Source: Bacilli bacterium
GTDB lineage: Bacteria; Bacillota_I; Bacilli_A; RFN20; CAG-826
Length of the DNA stretch: 64,000 nt
Assembly: GCA_045597865.1 (NCBI GenBank)
Contig: JAZLKX010000025.1
Location: forward strand, 160,001 to 224,000
Direction of reading: 5' to 3'
A program made the position numbers and the translations under genes. Positions 38,335 to 49,600 of this stretch are shown here, piece by piece. How positions within the stretch are numbered: the stretch's first letter is position 1; every line of letters starts with the position of its first letter. The notes under the pieces are model-generated. The model did not search any database, was not told the origin of the DNA, and saw nothing but the letters and a program-made list of their open reading frames with translations.

Positions 38335-40101
38335 ATGAAAAACAGAAAAACCAGATTTTCGATTATTGCATGTTCTGCATTAGCGTTTTTTGCCGTTTTG
38401 CCATTATCAAGCTGCGGCTCATCATTTGATTCATACGCTTCTGTAAGACTTGAATTTTCAGAGAAACAAATGTCTTTAGGTGAATCTTTAGCCTTAAAAG
38501 CTTCAGTCACCAAAGGATTTGAAGGAGACATTCGTTGGTTCTCATCCAATGAAGGTGTTGTCTACATCAAAGACGGATATGCATTCGCTGTCGGTCTTGG
38601 CACCGCTAAAGTTACAGCAGCATTTGCTGGTGGCTATGCCGATGCAACAATTACCGTTGTAGAAGGCGAAGGCGGAGATGTTACAGGAGATCGTTTATCG
38701 ATTTCTCCAAAGACAAAAACTGTTTCTCCAAGTGGTTCTTTCAAAATTGCATGTTCAATTTCTCCAGCAGATGCAACTGTAACATTCGCTTCTGGTAACG
38801 AAGCTGTTGCAACTGTTGATGCTCAAGGCAATGTTACTGCTGTTGCAGCTGGTACTACAAATATTACTGTTACAGGTAGCAATGGCAAAGTTGCTATTTG
38901 TGTTGTCACTGTTTCAGAAGGCGGTGGTGGAGACGATCCATCAGGTCGTGATATCGCTGTCGATACAAATCTTAACTATTCAGGTGTTTCAATTAGAGTT
39001 GGTGCTCCTAAGAACCAAGTTGCTTGGATGAACTCAATTTTAGGTGAATTCAACTCCTTAACACATTCATCAATTTCATTTACAGTTTCTGAATTCGAAG
39101 AAGGAGATGGTGTTTCTAACCTTCCAACTGCTGAATCAGCTCCAGATATCTTCCCATATGCTTCTGACCAAACATTAAGCTTCTATCAATTAGGTGCTTT
39201 ATCAAATGTTTCACGTAGTGATGCAAACTGGATTAAAGAAACAATGGGTCAAGATGCATACGATGCAGCAAGACTTCAAAACGTTGTTGGTATTCCATTT
39301 ACATCTGATAACGGTGCTGTCATGTTCTATGATAAGTCAGTCGTTTCAGATCCAAGTCAAATTGATACTCTCGATGAATTATTTGATTTAGCTGATGAAA
39401 AGGACTTAGAAGTCAACATTGCTTATGGTAATGGTTTCTATTGTGCTCCAATTCTTCAAACTTATGGTAGTGGAACTTCACTATACTCATTAACTCCAAC
39501 AGATCGTGCTTATAATGCAACATCAACATTCGCAAGTGATGCTGGTTTACAAGGTGCAAAACTCCTCAAACGTCTTATTGACGAACCATCAATTAGAAAC
39601 GTTTCAACAGTTCCAGGAAAGAATGACGTTCTTGCCACAATCGTTGATGTTTCTAAGGTTGCTTCATTCAAGAATGAAATGGGCGATAAATATGCAACAG
39701 CACCTCTTCCATTTGTTAGTGAAGGTGGACCAAGACTTGGCTCATATCTAGGTTACAAGTTCTATGGTGTTAATAACACCCTTTCAGCCGCAAACAAAAC
39801 AATCGCATTCAATGTTGCAAAATTCTTAGCAAGTGAATACGTTCAAGCAAAGAGATTTGATTCATACATGGCTAAACCAACCAATATTGATTTGGCTGAA
39901 TACGCAATGAGTGAATCTCATATTCAATCTTTGACAGAACAATCAAAGAATAACGGAACAATCTTACTTACAGCTTGTGGTCTTGAACTTTGGTCCGAAA
40001 CTGCAACTGCAACTCAAAGTATTAAAGCTTTACCTGCTAATGCAAGTGATAATGACTTCATGGAGATTTTGAGAGTCTTAGACGGTGCTCTTGAAAGATA
40101 G
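38335..40101 (+). CDS. Maltodextrin ABC solute-binding lipoprotein with two N-terminal Big_2 Ig-like domains
   Basis: Lipobox LSSC; W.SSNE.V / SGNEAVATVD..G.VTAV.AGTT.IT Ig repeats; APDIF...DQ, GIPFT.DN...MFYDKS, YATAPLP, G.K.YGVN MalE-like. Confidence 0.85.
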   Translation: MKNRKTRFSIIACSALAFFAVLPLSSCGSSFDSYASVRLEFSEKQMSLGESLALKASVTKGFEGDIRWFSSNEGVVYIKDGYAFAVGLGTAKVTAAFAGGYADATITVVEGEGGDVTGDRLSISPKTKTVSPSGSFKIACSISPADATVTFASGNEAVATVDAQGNVTAVAAGTTNITVTGSNGKVAICVVTVSEGGGGDDPSGRDIAVDTNLNYSGVSIRVGAPKNQVAWMNSILGEFNSLTHSSISFTVSEFEEGDGVSNLPTAESAPDIFPYASDQTLSFYQLGALSNVSRSDANWIKETMGQDAYDAARLQNVVGIPFTSDNGAVMFYDKSVVSDPSQIDTLDELFDLADEKDLEVNIAYGNGFYCAPILQTYGSGTSLYSLTPTDRAYNATSTFASDAGLQGAKLLKRLIDEPSIRNVSTVPGKNDVLATIVDVSKVASFKNEMGDKYATAPLPFVSEGGPRLGSYLGYKFYGVNNTLSAANKTIAFNVAKFLASEYVQAKRFDSYMAKPTNIDLAEYAMSESHIQSLTEQSKNNGTILLTACGLELWSETATATQSIKALPANASDNDFMEILRVLDGALER

Positions 40102-40106
40102 TATTT

Positions 40107-41630
40107 ATGACTTCGATAAAATATTTATCACTTACAAAAGGACAAAGATTCATAGTCAATGTTGGCTCATTCTTTAAAGGAATAGGCCGTGGCTTTTTGA
40201 ACTTCTTTAAAGGAATTCCTTTTAAGTTCATTAAATTAGGCCACAAATTAATTAAACCATTCGAAGTTTTAGCAGATGCCTGGAAGAAAGGCACTTGGAT
40301 GGTTAGAGGAAACTTCTTAGTTTTCGGTTTATATCAATTATTCCATAACCAAATTATGAGAGGCGTTTTGTACTTAATGTACGAAGTAGTCTTTATTTGG
40401 TTTATGATTAAACTTGGTGGACCTTACCTAGGTAAATTAGGTTCACTTGGTACATTCTCACCAACTTCAATGTATCTAGCGGATGCATACGAAGGAGTAA
40501 CTGTCACCCTTCCAGGAGATAGATCATTTACAATCCTTCTTTATTCCATTGTTACATTCATTTTAATGGGTATTTTCGTAGCTCTTTGGTATTTCTCTAT
40601 CAGAGATGCAAGAAGCTTACAAAATAGCTATGCAGTTGGAAAATATGAGAAAAACGGTCAATTCTTCAAAGATATTCTTGATAAGAATTACCACACATTA
40701 CTTTTAGCAGTTCCACTTGTTGGTCTTGTTGGTTTTACAGTTATTCCTGTTATTTTCATGATTATTACAGGTTTTACCAACTATTCTGGAACTCAATTCT
40801 ATTTATTTGACTGGGTTGGATTTGATAACTATTCCAATCTTTTCTCAGGTATGGGCGCTAGTAGTGGAGGAACTGGTTTAGTTACCATCTTCTTTAAAGT
40901 ATTAGCTTGGACCCTTATGTGGGCTCTTATTGCAACATTTACCAACTACTTCTTAGGTATGGTTGTTGCATTACTTATTAATAAAAAAGGAATTAAATTA
41001 AAGAAATTATGGAGAACAGTCTTAATTCTCACAATTGCTGTTCCTCAATTCGTTTCCTTACTTTTGATTTCTCAAATGTTCTCAGGATCAGGTTTCTTAA
41101 CCAAGTTATTTGAACAAATTGGTTGGATTGCTCACGATACACTTCCATTTGATAACGCTCTACTGAGTAGAATCATCATTATTATCGTTAACATGTGGGT
41201 TGGTGTTCCTTACACAATGCTTATTTGTTCTGGCTTATTAATGAACATTCCAGAAGACTTATATGAATCTGCAAGAATTGATGGTGCTACACCATTCAAG
41301 ATGTTTAGCGCAATTACTCTTCCATATATGCTCTTTATTACAGGACCATACTTACTTTCACAATTTGTCGGAAATATTAATAACTTCAACATTATTTACC
41401 TCCTTTCTCAAGGTAAACCATCATTTGGCTTATCAAGCTTAGGCTATGGTGATGTTGGTGAAACCGACTTACTTATTACATGGATTTATAAGATGTCAAT
41501 GGAAGGACAAGATAAGAACTATGCTGTAGCATGTGTTTTAGGTGTTCTTGTCTTTATTATCATTGCCTTCTTCTCACTTATCTTCTATGGAAGATCTAAT
41601 TCAGTTAAAAACGAGGGGGATTTCCAATAA
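40107..41630 (+). CDS. Maltodextrin ABC permease (MalF/MalC type)
   Basis: FTNY, WVGFDNY, WT..WA, AVPQFVSLL, NMWVGVPY, EAA loop LYESARIDGA, NINNFN.IY, ETDLLITWIY. Confidence 0.92.
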   Translation: MTSIKYLSLTKGQRFIVNVGSFFKGIGRGFLNFFKGIPFKFIKLGHKLIKPFEVLADAWKKGTWMVRGNFLVFGLYQLFHNQIMRGVLYLMYEVVFIWFMIKLGGPYLGKLGSLGTFSPTSMYLADAYEGVTVTLPGDRSFTILLYSIVTFILMGIFVALWYFSIRDARSLQNSYAVGKYEKNGQFFKDILDKNYHTLLLAVPLVGLVGFTVIPVIFMIITGFTNYSGTQFYLFDWVGFDNYSNLFSGMGASSGGTGLVTIFFKVLAWTLMWALIATFTNYFLGMVVALLINKKGIKLKKLWRTVLILTIAVPQFVSLLLISQMFSGSGFLTKLFEQIGWIAHDTLPFDNALLSRIIIIIVNMWVGVPYTMLICSGLLMNIPEDLYESARIDGATPFKMFSAITLPYMLFITGPYLLSQFVGNINNFNIIYLLSQGKPSFGLSSLGYGDVGETDLLITWIYKMSMEGQDKNYAVACVLGVLVFIIIAFFSLIFYGRSNSVKNEGDFQ

Positions 41631-41631
41631 T

Positions 41632-42495
41632 ATGGCACAAGAAAAACATTTTGCTAGTAAAAGATTTGCGGAAAAAAGCCAAAGAGTTTTAGTTTACGTT
41701 GCCCTTTCTCTTATTTCCCTCATTTGGGTTTTCCCATTCTTCTATTTAATCTTCCAAAGCTTTGGTAAGTTCGCATCAGGTGGTATTTTCCCAGCACCAG
41801 GTGAATGGACATTCCAAAACTACGTAAACTTATTTACATTACCTGAAACACCATTCTTAAGATGGTGGCTAAATACATTCATTATTGCTGTATTTACTTC
41901 ATTGCTTCAAACAGCTCTTGTCTTAATGACATCTTATGCATTAAGTAGACTCCGTTTCAATGGTAGACAAGCTTTAATGAAATTAATTCTTATTTTAGGA
42001 ATGTTCCCAGGATTCTTAGGAATGCTTGTTATTTATTACATTCTTGAACTTCTTGGAATGAACACTTCTATTTTCTCACTTATTTTAGTCTATACAGCTT
42101 CCTCAGCAATGAGTTATTACGTTGCTAAAGGATTCTTTGATACTATTCCAATGGCGCTTGATGAAGCTGTTATGATTGATGGTGGAACAAAGAACACAGT
42201 TTTCTGGAAAGTTATTCTTCCACTTTCAAAACCAATTATTATTTACACAATCCTTGTTTCCTTCACGGGACCATGGGGTGACTTTATGTTTGGCAAATAC
42301 ATTACTCAAACAGCAGGTATGCTCCCAGATGGTTATACTGTCGCAGTTGGATTACAAGGTTTAACAGCAAACTCTGATTACTATGGCACATTCTGTGCTG
42401 GTGCAGTGCTTGTTTCAATACCAATTACAGCATTATTTTTCTGGTTACAACGTTATTACGTTGAAGGTATTGCTGGTGGTGCTGTCAAAGGCTAA
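41632..42495 (+). CDS. Maltodextrin ABC permease (MalG/MalD type)
   Basis: YALSRLRF.GR, MFPGF, KGFFDTIP..LDEA..IDG, LPLSKP, PWGDF, TVAVGL, GAVKG. Confidence 0.93.
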   Translation: MAQEKHFASKRFAEKSQRVLVYVALSLISLIWVFPFFYLIFQSFGKFASGGIFPAPGEWTFQNYVNLFTLPETPFLRWWLNTFIIAVFTSLLQTALVLMTSYALSRLRFNGRQALMKLILILGMFPGFLGMLVIYYILELLGMNTSIFSLILVYTASSAMSYYVAKGFFDTIPMALDEAVMIDGGTKNTVFWKVILPLSKPIIIYTILVSFTGPWGDFMFGKYITQTAGMLPDGYTVAVGLQGLTANSDYYGTFCAGAVLVSIPITALFFWLQRYYVEGIAGGAVKG

Positions 42496-42509
42496 TAGGA
42501 GGAAGACAT

Positions 42510-45068
42510 ATGGCTTCGTTAAAATTAGAACATATTTACAAGGTTTATCCAAACGGACACAAAGCTGTCTCTGATTTCAACATGGATATTAAAGACGGTG
42601 AATTCATCGTTTTCGTTGGACCTTCAGGTTGTGGTAAATCTACAACATTACGTATGATTGCAGGCCTTGAAGAAATCACTTCAGGTGAATTATATATCGG
42701 CGACACAATCGTCAACGATATGCAACCAAAAGATCGTGATATCGCCATGGTTTTCCAAAACTATGCTCTTTATCCTCATATGACAGTTTATGAAAATATG
42801 GCTTTCGGACTTACACTTCGTAAAGTTCCAAGAACCGAAATCCACGAAAAAGTTATGTGGGCAGCAGATGCTCTTGGCTTAAAAGAATACTTAGATAGAA
42901 AACCAAAAGCTATGTCTGGTGGTCAAAGACAACGTGTTTCTTTAGGTAGAGCTATTTTACGTAATCCTAAAGTTATGCTTCTTGACGAACCTCTTTCTAA
43001 CTTAGATGCCAAGTTAAGAAGCCAAATGAGATCTGTCATTGGTAAACTTCATCAACAATTAAAAACTACATTTATTTACGTTACACACGACCAAGTCGAA
43101 GCTATGACTCTTGGTACAAGAGTCGTTGTTATGAAACTTGGTAAAGTTCAACAAATTGATACTCCACAAAATCTTTATGATCACCCAATCAATAAATTCG
43201 TTGCAGGATTTATTGGTACTCCACAAATGAACTTCTTTAATGTCACTTTAAAACAAGAAGCAAAGGGTGTTGATGTTGCTTGGAGTGATGTTGATACACA
43301 ACCTCATCTTAAATTATCACTTGATCAAGTTCTTAAAGCAGAAAAGAAATTCCTCCAAGGAAACAAGAAAGTTATTCTTGGCTTCAGATGTGAAGCTATT
43401 TCTGTTGAAGAAAAAGACCTTGCAAAAGGAGATAATATCGTTGATGTTATTATTTCTCACTTTGAAGAACTTGGTAATGAAACTCTTATTTATGGTGACT
43501 TAAAACAAATTGAAGGTCTTGGTGAAGAATCTAAGACTCCAGTTATTATCAAAGCCTCTTCAAAGAAAGACTTCAAACCTGGTGATAAGATTAAAGCAAG
43601 AATTGATGTTAACAAGATTCACTTATTTGACTATGAATCAGAAATGACAATTCTTCCAGCAATTCCAGAATATTCAGTCTTACCAGTTGATATTGTCGAT
43701 GGAAATATGACTTTATTTGGAAAGATTAAAAAACCAAATGATATTCCAGTTGACTTTGTCAAAGATGGCACAATTTCCTTACCACTTTCCGCAATTATGG
43801 TTGGTGAAGGTGAAAATGTTGCCGCAATTGACTTAATTGAACAACACGGTGATAAATATCTTGCTAGAGTAAAAGCAGGGGAACACAAATTCTTCTGTTT
43901 TGTCGATGAAAAAGCAAAAGTTGGTGGCAAAATCAAATTTGCAGTCGATTATTCTAAAGCAACATTCCGTGATAAAGACGAAAAGATTATTGCTTATCCA
44001 CTTGCAGAAAGAGATGACTTACAAGCTACATTTGTTAACTTGAAGACAGCTTTCGAAGTTACAAATAATCAAGAATTCATGGATCTACAAGCAAAACGTG
44101 TTAAAGAAGTAGAAGAAAAGTATGCTTCTTTAGAAGCAGATTTTGCTAAAGAACGTGAAGCTGCCATAAAAGAAGCTGAAGAAAAGCAAAAAGCAGCAGC
44201 ATCTACATTAGACACCGATAGAGCAAAACTCGATCAAGAAAACCTTAAACTTAAGGCTCAAATCGAAGAACTCAATAAGAACTATCGTGTTGAAATTAAA
44301 CAGTTAAAAGAAAAACATAAAGCAATTCGTAAAGAAGAACTCGAAAAGATTGCTGTTATGTATAAAAACATGTGGGAAAACGAAAAGAAAGATTTCGCTA
44401 AATCCATGGAAGCAAATAAAGATCCAGAATCTCGTAGAAGTAGAAGAATGAGCTACAGAGTTTTCAAAGAAAACTTCCCTCAAATGAGACAAAATGATAT
44501 CGAAAGAAAAGAGGGAGCATTAGATCTAGATAAAGAAACTGATTTTGGTGCAGCAGACTCAAGATTCTCTCAACAACTACATTTATTAAAGGAAACTATT
44601 TCTGAAAATAAAGCAAATTACGAAAATGAACATTTCCCAGTAAATAAAGTTGAAAAAGAATTTGCTCTAAAAGAGAAACAACTTAACAACAAGAAAAAAG
44701 AAGATCTTCTCAAGGCTCAACTTATTTTCTTCTTTAAGTTTGGCGATCATTATGAATTAATTGCAGATAACATTACTACAAAGATTATCCAAGGCTTAGG
44801 CAACAAAGTATTCACAAAAGTATTTAAAGTTGCAATGCCACATGATGGCTTTGTCGAAGACAAAGACGGCTTACCATTTGAAGTCGTTCAAGAAGTTAAC
44901 TTTGGTGATGTTAAGATGTATAAGTGCGCAGGTGAACTTTATGGTGAAAAAGTTTACGTATACATTATGAAGGAAAGAGAAATTGAAAGAGGAGAACATA
45001 TCACTCTTAAACCACTTATTGAAAAGAGTGAAATTTATGAATCTGAATTCAATATCAGACTCTATTAA
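42510..45068 (+). CDS. MalK/MsmX-type sugar ABC ATPase with long C-terminal extension
   Basis: GPSGCGKS, MVFQNYALYPHM, MSGGQRQR, DEPLSNLDAKLR, VTHDQVEAM, FIGTPQMN; 852 aa, with ~220 aa coiled-coil. Confidence 0.92.
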   Translation: MASLKLEHIYKVYPNGHKAVSDFNMDIKDGEFIVFVGPSGCGKSTTLRMIAGLEEITSGELYIGDTIVNDMQPKDRDIAMVFQNYALYPHMTVYENMAFGLTLRKVPRTEIHEKVMWAADALGLKEYLDRKPKAMSGGQRQRVSLGRAILRNPKVMLLDEPLSNLDAKLRSQMRSVIGKLHQQLKTTFIYVTHDQVEAMTLGTRVVVMKLGKVQQIDTPQNLYDHPINKFVAGFIGTPQMNFFNVTLKQEAKGVDVAWSDVDTQPHLKLSLDQVLKAEKKFLQGNKKVILGFRCEAISVEEKDLAKGDNIVDVIISHFEELGNETLIYGDLKQIEGLGEESKTPVIIKASSKKDFKPGDKIKARIDVNKIHLFDYESEMTILPAIPEYSVLPVDIVDGNMTLFGKIKKPNDIPVDFVKDGTISLPLSAIMVGEGENVAAIDLIEQHGDKYLARVKAGEHKFFCFVDEKAKVGGKIKFAVDYSKATFRDKDEKIIAYPLAERDDLQATFVNLKTAFEVTNNQEFMDLQAKRVKEVEEKYASLEADFAKEREAAIKEAEEKQKAAASTLDTDRAKLDQENLKLKAQIEELNKNYRVEIKQLKEKHKAIRKEELEKIAVMYKNMWENEKKDFAKSMEANKDPESRRSRRMSYRVFKENFPQMRQNDIERKEGALDLDKETDFGAADSRFSQQLHLLKETISENKANYENEHFPVNKVEKEFALKEKQLNNKKKEDLLKAQLIFFFKFGDHYELIADNITTKIIQGLGNKVFTKVFKVAMPHDGFVEDKDGLPFEVVQEVNFGDVKMYKCAGELYGEKVYVYIMKEREIERGEHITLKPLIEKSEIYESEFNIRLY

Positions 45069-45070
45069 TT

Positions 45071-45859
45071 ATGAACAATAAAAAGATACTTTCATTATTA
45101 ACACTTCCTTTACTTTTAGCATCTTGTGCTAAAAATGCTTCTTTTGAGCAAATTAAGGAGAAGATTGATAATATTTCATCGAATGCTTTGTATCCTTATT
45201 ATCGTGTCGCAGGTTTCCTTGATTTCAATAACGAAGTATTAGAAATCGATTCAGTATTTGATAAAACACCAAGCCCTGATTCTTTCGTTCCTTACGCACG
45301 TTATAACGATGGATTTTATTGTCCAGATGCATCAACTGCGGAAAAGGCATTAGGCAAGGAAAATACAGTAATTTATGGCATGTCTTCAAGATCATACTTT
45401 TTACGTGCTCCACTTAGATTACATAAAAATAATTTTTATGTAGTTGGTGAAGACGGCAAAGAAAATATGACTTGTGGCCATTATATTATTGAACATATTA
45501 TTACCTCTTATGCTGGTGCAGATGGCGCTATTAATCCAAGTAGTAATAAGATGAAATTTGAGCTATTAAACGATGGCGGATTTGCCTTCGTTGGAGAAGC
45601 ATCACACACTACATTTAGAGTGGATAATTACCCATATTATCCTGATGTAGCTACACACCCAGAAATAGGTGAGTGGGCTAGTGATATTCCGCTCCCATGT
45701 TTTGAGAATCAAATTAACGCAAAAGTTAATGTAAGATTTGAGTACAACAAGGATGGCTGGTTAACAAGAGAATTCTTAAAAACCACTGACTATAGTTATA
45801 GCAAAGCAACTGCATCGCAGATCTCACTTGAAACAGTATATTCCTATAGATTTGAGTAA
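45071..45859 (+). CDS. Hypothetical lipoprotein
   Basis: Lipobox LASC; co-oriented and tightly spaced in the operon. Confidence 0.75.
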   Translation: MNNKKILSLLTLPLLLASCAKNASFEQIKEKIDNISSNALYPYYRVAGFLDFNNEVLEIDSVFDKTPSPDSFVPYARYNDGFYCPDASTAEKALGKENTVIYGMSSRSYFLRAPLRLHKNNFYVVGEDGKENMTCGHYIIEHIITSYAGADGAINPSSNKMKFELLNDGGFAFVGEASHTTFRVDNYPYYPDVATHPEIGEWASDIPLPCFENQINAKVNVRFEYNKDGWLTREFLKTTDYSYSKATASQISLETVYSYRFE

Positions 45860-45860
45860 T

Positions 45861-46538
45861 ATGAAACTTAAGTATTTGTTATTGTCTATTTCGGCAATGT
45901 CATTACTAAGTTCATGTGGACAAAATGAATTAAGAAGTGACATAAAAGAATTTGTCGCTTCTTTTTCTTTAACCGAATCAATGGAGCTATATAAGCACGC
46001 TGGTTATACGAGTATAAAAGAATCACTTATTAATGGCGTAAAAACTAGCGAAACTACAACATTAAATTTTGATATTTCTGATCTTGAAAATATTTCGTAT
46101 GACTTTAAAGTAGTTACAAAAATTAATGACGGAAATGAAGAAATAAAAGAAAAATTAATAACAAAAGTTGAAGAAAAATATTTTTTAAATGAAACTGAAA
46201 AAGAGCCTGTTGAATACACTGTAGACAACATAAAATTACTTATTCAAGATTTCTTTTTTACCAAAACAATGTATGAAGGAACTTACCATTCTAATGGTAT
46301 GTATTATGGTGATCTAATTTTAGAGACAGCGCGAGATTTGCAAGGATTCATCGAAATAAATCAAGAAAATCAACTTTATATTTTCTATCACAAAACTCAA
46401 GGAAAAGTTGATGGAAAAGACTCAATGGTCGAACAATATTACTCAGTCAATAAGCATGGAATGCTTGTTAAAAATATATCCAATCAAGTCAACGGTGAAA
46501 ATTACATTAATCAAGAAATTAATGTTTTTGTTTTTTAA
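45861..46538 (+). CDS. Hypothetical lipoprotein
   Basis: MKLKY...LSSC lipobox. Confidence 0.75.
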   Translation: MKLKYLLLSISAMSLLSSCGQNELRSDIKEFVASFSLTESMELYKHAGYTSIKESLINGVKTSETTTLNFDISDLENISYDFKVVTKINDGNEEIKEKLITKVEEKYFLNETEKEPVEYTVDNIKLLIQDFFFTKTMYEGTYHSNGMYYGDLILETARDLQGFIEINQENQLYIFYHKTQGKVDGKDSMVEQYYSVNKHGMLVKNISNQVNGENYINQEINVFVF

Positions 46539-46618
46539 TTGCTTCAACTTTGTTGACTAAAAATACAAAAAGAACTAAAATAATAGCTGAATATTAACCT
46601 AAGGTTAAGGAGACTATT

Positions 46619-49600
46619 ATGAGAAAGTTTAAAGTATTGCCTATTATTCTTGCTAGTTTGTGCATGTGCGCATGCGATCCTGGAGTTGTTGTTATTGACC
46701 CTTCAACGACTGTTCAAGGTGTCACGGATTTAAGTCTAAGTGATTCTACTCTCTCATTAACTGTTGGTCTTACCTCAACCATTACTGCTTTCGTCGAAGC
46801 CGAAAATCCAATCGACGTTACATGGGTTAATCAAAATCCAAATATTATCTCTGTTTTAGGAGATGGTGAATCTGCATCAATTACTGGTTTAGCAGTTGGT
46901 TCAGCCACTGTTAGCGCCAGCTGCGGAAATAAATGTGCTGTTTGTAAAGTTACTGTTTCCGGAAATGGTGGCGGTGGTCAAGTAGTCGTTAATTCTATTA
47001 CTTTATCTGCTGCAGAAAAAACAATTGATGTTGGTGAAGAAGTTGAAATTAGTGCAACAGTTGATCATACAGGAAATGATACTCCAGTAGTTAGCTGGTC
47101 AGTTGCAAACGATTCAATTGTTTCACTTGTTCCAACAGACAACAAAGTTAAAATTTTAGGAAAAGCCGAAGGCGTAACTAGAGTTACAGCATCCGCAGGT
47201 GGATGTGCAGCTTATTGCGATGTTACAGTCGAAGGCGAATCCGTTACATTCTCTATTAGACTTTCAAGTGAGTCATTAACTCTTAAAGAAGGTGCTACTT
47301 CAACACTTACTGCAACAACTAAACCAGCAGATGCTTCAGTTGTTTGGAGAACAAGTAATGAAGGTGTTGCCAAAGTTTCACAAAGTGGTGTTGTAACTGG
47401 TGTCAAAGCTGGTACTGCTGTTATTAGTGCAACAATCACTCAAGATGATGAAATCAAAACTGCTACATGTAATGTTTCAGTTACTTCAAATGCAGAAGAA
47501 GATGATTATGCAAAGAAGGTCTCTGCTTGGTCAGAACCAGGACATATTTATTTCCACTATTTGAGAAATAGCGATCAAGACTACAATAGATGGGCCTTAT
47601 GGTTCTGGAATTCTTATCCAGTCGATGATGAAGGTATGCTTTATGGTGCAAATCCAAATGGCTATGATTTAAAGAATGTTACTCCTCACACAATTGGTTG
47701 GATGACCAAAGGTGAATGTGGTGAAACAGGTAATGAACCATATATTGATCAATATGGACAAATTATTGATGTTGACCTTACCGAAGATGAATCAACCCTT
47801 ATTGGTGGTAAATCTGGTAAGAATATCAAACTCATTTCAAGTTGGGAAAAAGAAGAACTCGATAAAAACTGTGTTGGTTTCTTAATTGTTGATCAATCCA
47901 AGATGACTGGCGATGATATGTGGGTCAGTGATAGCGGCGGTGAAGTTTACATTAAGAAACTTGGTAAATACTTAGAAAATGGCAAAGAATCTTACTTACA
48001 CGTGTATTGTGTAGAAGGAAACTCTGCTAACTATGAACTTACAAGCGGTAAACAAGAAGTTAATAACCCAACACTCACAGATAAAACAGGTGTTTATCGT
48101 TCAAAGAACGATATTACCGATTTAAGACATGATGCATTTGCTTCAGGAGTTCCAACATCTTCAACATTTAAAGATGAGAAACCTGGCATTGGTTATCAAA
48201 TCTTCGTTCCATCATTTGCTGATAGTGATGGTGATGGCTTTGGCGATTTACAAGGTATCATTTCAAAACTTGATTATCTTGAAGATTTAGGTGTTGATGT
48301 TTTATGGTTAACACCAATTCAAGAATCCAACTCATATCATGGATATGATGTTACAGATTACTATAAGATCGACTCAAGATTTGGTACTTTAAGTGACTAC
48401 CAAGAACTTCTTTATAAAGCGCATCAAAAAGGCATGAAGGTTTTAATGGATATGGTTATTAACCATACTTCTAAATCAAATGTCCTTTACAAGAAATCAC
48501 AAAGAGCTGAAAAAGAAATTATTAACGGTAAGGAAATTAACTACCGTGATATGTACCTTTGGAAATTCAAAGGCGATAAAGTTAGAGTTTGGGATGAACA
48601 ACCTTCTACAACAACGGATGGAATTCAACACGCAAACTTTATAACAAAGAACGTCGAACAGGTTACCGACTGGTACAAAGACGGCACAAGTGATTACTAT
48701 TACTTTGGTAAATTCGGATCTGGCATGGCTGAACTTAACTATTCATCTCAAGCCACCCGTGATTATATGACTGATATGTGTAAGTATTGGTTAAGCTTTG
48801 GTCTTGACGGCTTTAGACTTGACGCTATTAAACATATTTACTTACTTTCAGAACTTGATCCAGCTGTTAACTTAGGAAGTGATTTTATCACTTACGATGT
48901 TGGCTGGAAGCATTACTACAATCCAGAAATGGGTAAATACATTGATGTTACAAACGATTATTCATACGATCGTAACTTAAACGTCTTATTCTGGAAACAA
49001 TTTGCAGGCACAATTAAATCTGCATATCCAAACTGCTTCTTAGTTGGTGAAAACTTTGATGGTTGGAATGCAAGAATGGCTCCATTCTATGAAGCAATTG
49101 ATTCTCAATTTGACTTCCAAACCTACTATGCACTTAACGAAATGAAGGAAGATTCTATCGGAAGTAAGATTAAAGATTCCTTAGACACTTATAGTGCATA
49201 TCGTGGCGATACACTTATTAATGGTGCATTTACATCCAACCACGACGTCTCACGTATGATGAATCACGCAGTCGTACATAATAGCGATGTCCAAAGCAAG
49301 TATGGTGGCGGTGATGCAGCTCATTATGGTGATGTTACACAAGCAAATTTACAAGAAGCAATCAATCAATCTAAATACTATGCCGCAATCTCCTTATTAA
49401 CTCCTGGCGTTAGCTGGATTTACTATGGTGATGAAATTGGCTTATGTGGAAACGTCAACGATAAAGTTCAAGATTCTAAGGGCGAAATTGTTGATGACCA
49501 CGGCAATAACGTTGACCGTTGGTATCGTCAACCAATGAGATGGTCAAATACTTATGGCACAGAAGGAACTGTCAAATATCAATTTGGTGGTATGGAAGTT

